This document shows positions 59,069 through 64,000 of a stretch of 64,000 bases of DNA, one piece after another. Under the pieces are notes generated by a model that had not been told where the DNA came from, ran no database searches, and saw nothing but the letters and a program-made list of their open reading frames with translations. This DNA is from Nitrospirota bacterium (lineage in GTDB: Bacteria > Nitrospirota > UBA9217): NCBI GenBank assembly GCA_963754875.1, contig CAVWHO010000014.1, forward strand, positions 64,001 to 128,000, given 5' to 3'. Position numbers and translations under genes: made by a program. The stretch's first letter is position 1; each line of letters opens with the position of its first letter.

Positions 59069-59386
59069 CTAGCCGCCGACATACCCTCCGGAAAAATCGA
59101 TATCCGGGAATTTTCCCAGAGACTCAACCTGAACGTCGCTCTCAATGTCCATACCGGTTCCTTTCCAGTCGAAGGGAGAGGCCTTCATCACGAGTTGGAG
59201 CTTCCAGTCGATCATATCGGCAAGCTCGCACAGGTGAACATCATATCTCCTGAACTCCTCGCTCTCTGCCCCATAGGTCTTTTTGGCCTCCTCCCGGATG
59301 ATGTGGATGCCCTCCTTCATTTCCGATAACTCGCGGGTTACGGTATCGAAAAACGAGTTGATTTTTATGTTCTTTACAGTTGCCAT
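59069..59386 (-). CDS. Hypothetical protein
   Basis: AAGGAGG RBS; 105 aa ending DFSGGYVGG. Confidence 0.75.
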   Translation of the reverse strand: MATVKNIKINSFFDTVTRELSEMKEGIHIIREEAKKTYGAESEEFRRYDVHLCELADMIDWKLQLVMKASPFDWKGTGMDIESDVQVESLGKFPDIDFSGGYVGG

Positions 59387-59702
59387 TGCTACCTCCTTCT
59401 TAAACCACGTTATCTCACTGCTGATGTACTTCGCTTTCACCGTTCCTGCAGATTCAGGCGGCAAGCAGAAGCATACGCCTTTTTCTTTCTGTTTAAAGTA
59501 TAACACCGGAACCTGCATTGCGGGGGAAAAAACAGGAGTAAACCGGTGTTTGTTGTCCCTCCCCCCGGGGGAGGGGAAATAATTTCCGGCACCCTCCCGG
59601 CCCGTTCCGCTAAATTCGACTTGACTCCCTTGCCTCCTTTGCGTAATATCAACGCCGTCCGGTCCTTTTTAACCGGTTATGACCGTTCAGAAGGAGTCCC
59701 TT

Positions 59703-60188
59703 ATGGATTTATGCCCCTGCGGCTCAAATATCGGCTATGATTCGTGCTGCCGGCCAATCATCACCGGCGAGAACAAGGCAAAGACTGCGGAACAACTCAT
59801 GCGTTCCCGGTACAGCGCGTATGTCAAAAAAGAGATCGGCTACATCCTTACCTCGCTTCATCCTGACCACCGGGCCGGCTACGACGAAAATAGCAGCAGG
59901 GCATGGGCTGAGAGCGCTGAGTGGCAGGGGATCAGGATTTTAAAGACCGTTGCCGGGGGGGAAGGCGACAGCGAAGGCCAGGTTGAATTTGTCGTGTCCT
60001 ACACGGAGAAGGGGCTCAGGCAGGAACACCATGAGTTGTCCACGTTCCGTAAAAAAGACGGGCTTTGGTACTTTGCAACCGGGAAGACGATGCCAAAGCC
60101 GGTCTCCCGCGCAACGCCAAAGACGGGCCGCAACGAGCCATGCTCCTGCGGCAGCGGAAAGAAATTCAAAAAATGCTGCGGCGCGTGA
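59703..60188 (+). CDS. ychJ: YchJ-family SEC-C motif protein
   Basis: [30 protein letters not shown] and [18 protein letters not shown]. Confidence 0.92.
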   Translation: MDLCPCGSNIGYDSCCRPIITGENKAKTAEQLMRSRYSAYVKKEIGYILTSLHPDHRAGYDENSSRAWAESAEWQGIRILKTVAGGEGDSEGQVEFVVSYTEKGLRQEHHELSTFRKKDGLWYFATGKTMPKPVSRATPKTGRNEPCSCGSGKKFKKCCGA

Positions 60189-60217
60189 TCGCGGTCGAAG
60201 CACCGGGAGAAATTGCC

Positions 60218-60511
60218 ATGATACAAAAGAAGGACGATAAGCAGATACGTCACCACTTCCACATGCGCCAGAACCGTCAGATCATCGCCATAACGATCGC
60301 GCTCTTTCTCGTGCTCTTGTCCGCCGTGATCTATAAACGCCCTCTTTTCGTGGAATTGCCGAAGGGCATGCTGTTTGGAATGCAGATTGCCGCAATCGCC
60401 GCTTTTTTGGGATTCACTGCGCTCAACTGGAAATGCCCCTCCTGCGGTAAAAGCCTGGGCAGTAACATCAACCGGCGTGTTTGCAAGAAATGCGGCGCCC
60501 GGCTCCAGTAA
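60218..60511 (+). CDS. Small membrane protein with a C-terminal zinc ribbon
   Basis: Two TM segments followed by NWKCPSC..CKKCG. Confidence 0.75.
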   Translation: MIQKKDDKQIRHHFHMRQNRQIIAITIALFLVLLSAVIYKRPLFVELPKGMLFGMQIAAIAAFLGFTALNWKCPSCGKSLGSNINRRVCKKCGARLQ

Positions 60512-60578
60512 GCCTTTCCCCCTCTTCCCGCTGCTTCCGACGCGGCAAGATCGAACTTCGTACTTCGAACTTTCGTCC

Positions 60579-61958
60579 TTACCCTGCCAGTTCCTTGATG
60601 TTCTTGATCACTTCGTTCACAACCTGCTGCGCGCTGCCGTAGAGCATCCGCGTGTTCTCGGCATAGAAGAGCGCGTTCTCAATGCCTGAGTACCCGGCTC
60701 CCTTGCCGCGCTTGATGACGATCACGTTATGCGCCTGATCGACGTTCAGGATGGGCATGCCGTAGATGGGGCTCGACTTGTCAGTGCGCGCCGCAGGGTT
60801 TACCACGTCGTTCGCGCCGATCACGAGCGCCACATCGGCCTGGCTGAATTCCTCGTTGATCTCCTCCAGGTCGAAGATCTTGTCATAGGGCACGCCGGCC
60901 TCGGCCAGGAGCACGTTCATGTGTCCGGGCATGCGGCCCGCAACGGGGTGGATGGCGAATTTTACCGTGATGCCCGCCTCCTCCAGCAGCACGCTCATCT
61001 CCTTGACCTTGTGCTGGGCCTGGCCCACGGCCATGCCGTAGCCCGGCACGATGATCACCTTCTGCGCATAGCGGAGCATGGCAGCGGCATCGAGGGCGGA
61101 GACTTCCTTCATCGTCCCCGCGATGGCCCCCCCTCCGGTCTGCGCCTCGCCCGTGATCGGCCTGAACAGGATATTCGTGATCGGCCGGTTCATGGCCTTT
61201 GCCATCAGCTGGGTAAGCAGCGTACCTGCCGAGCCGACCACGATGCCGGCGATGATGAGCGCGGGGTTGTTCAGCACGAACCCTTCAAAGCCCACGGCAA
61301 GGCCGGTAAGCGCGTTGAACAGCGAGATCACCACGGGCATATCTGCGCCGCCGATGGGCATGGTGATGACTGCGCCGAGCACGAGTGCCAGCACGAAGAA
61401 GGCGATGATCTGGAGCATCGCCGCCTGGCTGGAAACGACGATTGCGATGCCGCAGCCTATCGTTGCCGCAGCCAGGATGATGTTCACGGCATTTTGTGCG
61501 GGCAGTTGAAAGGTCTTTTTCATGATGCCCTGCAGTTTGGCAAAGGCGACAAGGGAGCCCGAGAAGGACACGGTGCCGATCAGCCCGCCGAGTACTGCAA
61601 GGGCCGTTCCCGTCACGCTGTGGGTCTCACCCCGCGCCAGCTCGATCGCCGCGATAGAAGCCGCAGCGCCGCCGCCCATGCCGTTGTAAAGGGCGACCAT
61701 CTGCGGCATATCGGTCATCTTGACCACCTTGCCCGACCACGTGGCGAATCCGCCGCCGATGGCGAGAGCAATCACCATAAGCATATAGTTGCTCATGCCC
61801 GGCCAGCCGAAGGTGACGAGCGTTGCCAGGACCATGCCCGCACCGGCCCAGATAATGCCGCGCCTGGCAGTGACCGGAGACGACATGCCCTTGAGCCCGA
61901 GGATGAATAAGAGCGCTACGACGAAGTAGCTTGTGTTGATCAGGATTTTAACGTTCAT
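60579..61958 (-). CDS. pntB: NAD(P) transhydrogenase beta subunit
   Basis: MPQMVALYNGMGG, PIGGADMPVVIS, VPGYGMA and HPVAGRMPGHMNVLLAE. Confidence 0.97.
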   Translation of the reverse strand: MNVKILINTSYFVVALLFILGLKGMSSPVTARRGIIWAGAGMVLATLVTFGWPGMSNYMLMVIALAIGGGFATWSGKVVKMTDMPQMVALYNGMGGGAAASIAAIELARGETHSVTGTALAVLGGLIGTVSFSGSLVAFAKLQGIMKKTFQLPAQNAVNIILAAATIGCGIAIVVSSQAAMLQIIAFFVLALVLGAVITMPIGGADMPVVISLFNALTGLAVGFEGFVLNNPALIIAGIVVGSAGTLLTQLMAKAMNRPITNILFRPITGEAQTGGGAIAGTMKEVSALDAAAMLRYAQKVIIVPGYGMAVGQAQHKVKEMSVLLEEAGITVKFAIHPVAGRMPGHMNVLLAEAGVPYDKIFDLEEINEEFSQADVALVIGANDVVNPAARTDKSSPIYGMPILNVDQAHNVIVIKRGKGAGYSGIENALFYAENTRMLYGSAQQVVNEVIKNIKELAG

Positions 61959-62070
61959 ACACGAGCCTTTCCGTAAGGCCTGAGATCGTTAATGCAGAGA
62001 GCGCTGAGAAAAATTTCCGGCAGAGGTTCCCCTCCGATATTCCGTTGCGTCCTCCACGGTGCGGTCATGT

Positions 62071-62370
62071 TCAGTGCTGTTTTTCGTCCTTGCTCTTTCC
62101 GGTCTTGAACATGGCGAGCATGCGTTCCGTAACCACGTAGCCGCCCGCTGCATTCGCCGCGCCGAGCAGCACGGCAATGAACCCGATGGCCTGTTCGAGC
62201 GGTGTCCGGGCCTCGCCGAGCGCGACCATGGCGCCTACCAATACGACGCCGTGCACGAAGTTCGAACCGGACATGAGCGGCGTGTGCAGGATCACGGGCA
62301 CGCGCGAGATCACTTCATAACCGGTAAAAGCGGCAAGCATGAATATGTAGAGCGCTGCAAAACCTTCCAT
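62071..62370 (-). CDS. pntAB: NAD(P) transhydrogenase alpha subunit, membrane part (alpha-2)
   Basis: LHTPLMSGSN and GGYVVTERMLAMF. Confidence 0.93.
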   Translation of the reverse strand: MEGFAALYIFMLAAFTGYEVISRVPVILHTPLMSGSNFVHGVVLVGAMVALGEARTPLEQAIGFIAVLLGAANAAGGYVVTERMLAMFKTGKSKDEKQH

Positions 62371-62402
62371 AAAAACCTCCCCAGGCGGGCAGTCGCCGGC
62401 AA

Positions 62403-63536
62403 TTACGGTCTTGTCTGTTCCAGAGCTTTTTTCACACCTTCGTTGCGGACCGTTCCTTCATGGGTAAAGACGCTCCCTGCCAGGATCTCATCGCTCCAGT
62501 CAAGAGTAAGCTTTCCCTCTTTGATGAAGGGCGATAGGAAGTTGAACAGGTTGCGGGCGTACATCTCGGACGCATGGACCGGCATGCGGGAGGCAAGGTT
62601 CGCCGTTCCCACGATCGAGACGCCGTCCTTCACCACGGTCTCTCCGGGATGGGAGCCGGCCACGTTGCCGCCGCTGTCAGCGGCCATGTCCACAATGACC
62701 GCACCTTTTTTCATGCGCGTTACCATGCCCTCGGTGACGATGAGGGGGCTCTTTTTGCCCGGGATCGCCGCCGTGGTGATCAGGACGTCCGCCTGCGCTA
62801 TCGCCTTGGCCAGCTTCTCCTGCTGGGTTGCCCGCTCATCCTGCGTCAATTCCCTCGCATAGCCTCCCGTGCCCACGGCGGCCACGCCGGTGTCCACGAA
62901 CCGCGCGCCGAGAGATTCGATCTGCTCTTTCGTTTCAGGACGCACATCGTAGGCTTCGACAATCGCGCCGAGCCGGTGCGCGGTCGCGATGGCCTGCAGC
63001 CCCGCCACGCCAGCGCCGATCACCATGACCCGCGTCGGGCGAAGGGTCCCGGCTGCGTAGGTTATCATGGGGAAGAATTTCGGGGATATCACGCCGGCGA
63101 TGAGCGCGCACTGGTAACCGGCCACGGTGGCCTGGGATGAGAGGGCGTCCATGCTCTGCGCGCGCGAGATGCGCGGGATCAGCTCTACGGCGAAGCTCGT
63201 GATGTTGCGCTCGCAGAAGAGCAGTGCCCGCTCCTTGTCCTGGTAAGGGTGGAGAAACCCGATGAGGACCGTACCCGCCTTCATCATCCTGATCTCGTCC
63301 AGGGTCGGCGGCTGAACTTTCAGGATGACCTGGGACCGGTCGAATACTTCGGCATTGGTCGGGGCAAGGGAAACTTCGCCGAAGTCGTTGTCCGGAAAGA
63401 AACTTCCGGCCCCGGCGCCGTGCTCAATGCAGAGCTCGGCGCCCAGGGCCTTGAATTTTTTTACTACGTCGGGGACCACGGCCACGCGCTTTTCACCGTG
63501 GTCAATCTCCCTGAGCACGCCTATGACCAGAGGCAT
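62403..63536 (-). CDS. pntAA: NAD(P) transhydrogenase alpha subunit, domain I (alpha-1)
   Basis: EKRVA, PRISRAQSMDALSSQ, GAGVAGLQA and GGYARE. Confidence 0.95.
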   Translation of the reverse strand: MPLVIGVLREIDHGEKRVAVVPDVVKKFKALGAELCIEHGAGAGSFFPDNDFGEVSLAPTNAEVFDRSQVILKVQPPTLDEIRMMKAGTVLIGFLHPYQDKERALLFCERNITSFAVELIPRISRAQSMDALSSQATVAGYQCALIAGVISPKFFPMITYAAGTLRPTRVMVIGAGVAGLQAIATAHRLGAIVEAYDVRPETKEQIESLGARFVDTGVAAVGTGGYARELTQDERATQQEKLAKAIAQADVLITTAAIPGKKSPLIVTEGMVTRMKKGAVIVDMAADSGGNVAGSHPGETVVKDGVSIVGTANLASRMPVHASEMYARNLFNFLSPFIKEGKLTLDWSDEILAGSVFTHEGTVRNEGVKKALEQTRP

Positions 63537-63718
63537 GACATCCTCCCCAAGCATATAAATTTGCTATTGTTTGGGATTTATTGTACCAGCCTGGAATTTA
63601 TTGTTCTCTCCTTATTTATTATATCATTGTTTCTTTTATCCAGGAGAGTTCCGGGCAGTTGATAGCGGCCCCGGAGGAAAATGTGAATTCGGGCCCTGGT
63701 TGTGTTACAATCTTTTTT

Positions 63719-64000
63719 ATGGAACAAACGATCATCCACTGGATAACGCTGCATGGCTACGGGGTCATTTTTATCGTGCTGGCACTCGGAATTTTCGGCC
63801 TGCCCTTTCCGAACGAGCTGATCCTTGCCTCTCTCGGCTACCTTATTTTTAAAGGACGGCTGGACCCGCTGCCTACCGTTATCTCCGCGTTCTTCGGCAG
63901 TTTATGCGGCATGATGCTCAGTTACGCGCTCGGGAGGACCTTCGGCCTTTATGTGGTTTATAAATTCGGCCGCTTTGTGCACGTAACCGCGGAGCAGATA
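63719..64000 (+). CDS. DedA-family membrane protein (3'-truncated by the window)
   Basis: MEQTIIHWITLHGYGVIFIVLALGIFGLPFPNELILASLGYL...SYALGR. Confidence 0.85.
   Translation, partial: MEQTIIHWITLHGYGVIFIVLALGIFGLPFPNELILASLGYLIFKGRLDPLPTVISAFFGSLCGMMLSYALGRTFGLYVVYKFGRFVHVTAEQI

Overview
This window is bacterial chromosomal DNA, moderately GC-rich in genes with AT-rich spacers. Gene content resembles Nitrospirota or Desulfobacterota anaerobes (inference only). It is mostly core genes: ntrX-like regulator, ABC-2 transporter, GH57, uppS-cdsA-dxr-rseP-ispG-proS, PilB/GspE ATPase, mdh and split fumarase, apt, Rrf2-nifS-nifU-tusA, yhaM, ftsY-zapA-6S RNA-rarA-rny-ymdB-xseA, hrpB and the pnt transhydrogenase. 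Two accessory patches lie at about 23-30 kb and 41-59 kb. Six genes in the first 20 kb carry frameshifts, most likely sequencing errors. The best leads are: (1) a single-chain tetraheme fusion of a cytochrome c peroxidase and a TsdA-type thiosulfate dehydrogenase (23405-25318); (2) an unannotated Nfu-type protein whose CxxC reads CxxU, with an in-frame UGA and a SECIS-like hairpin (15617-15850); (3) a 20-bp operator placed exactly 8 bp upstream of the -35 box at three promoters; (4) a structured non-coding element between 6S RNA and rarA-rny; (5) a c-di-GMP/chemotaxis cluster with a HEAT/HD-GYP pair sharing an N-terminal domain, a stand-alone MshEN protein, an MCP-PhnD fusion and a REC-PilZ protein; (6) intergenic heptamer mirror arrays. 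I saw no CRISPR array, rRNA, tRNA or transposase.
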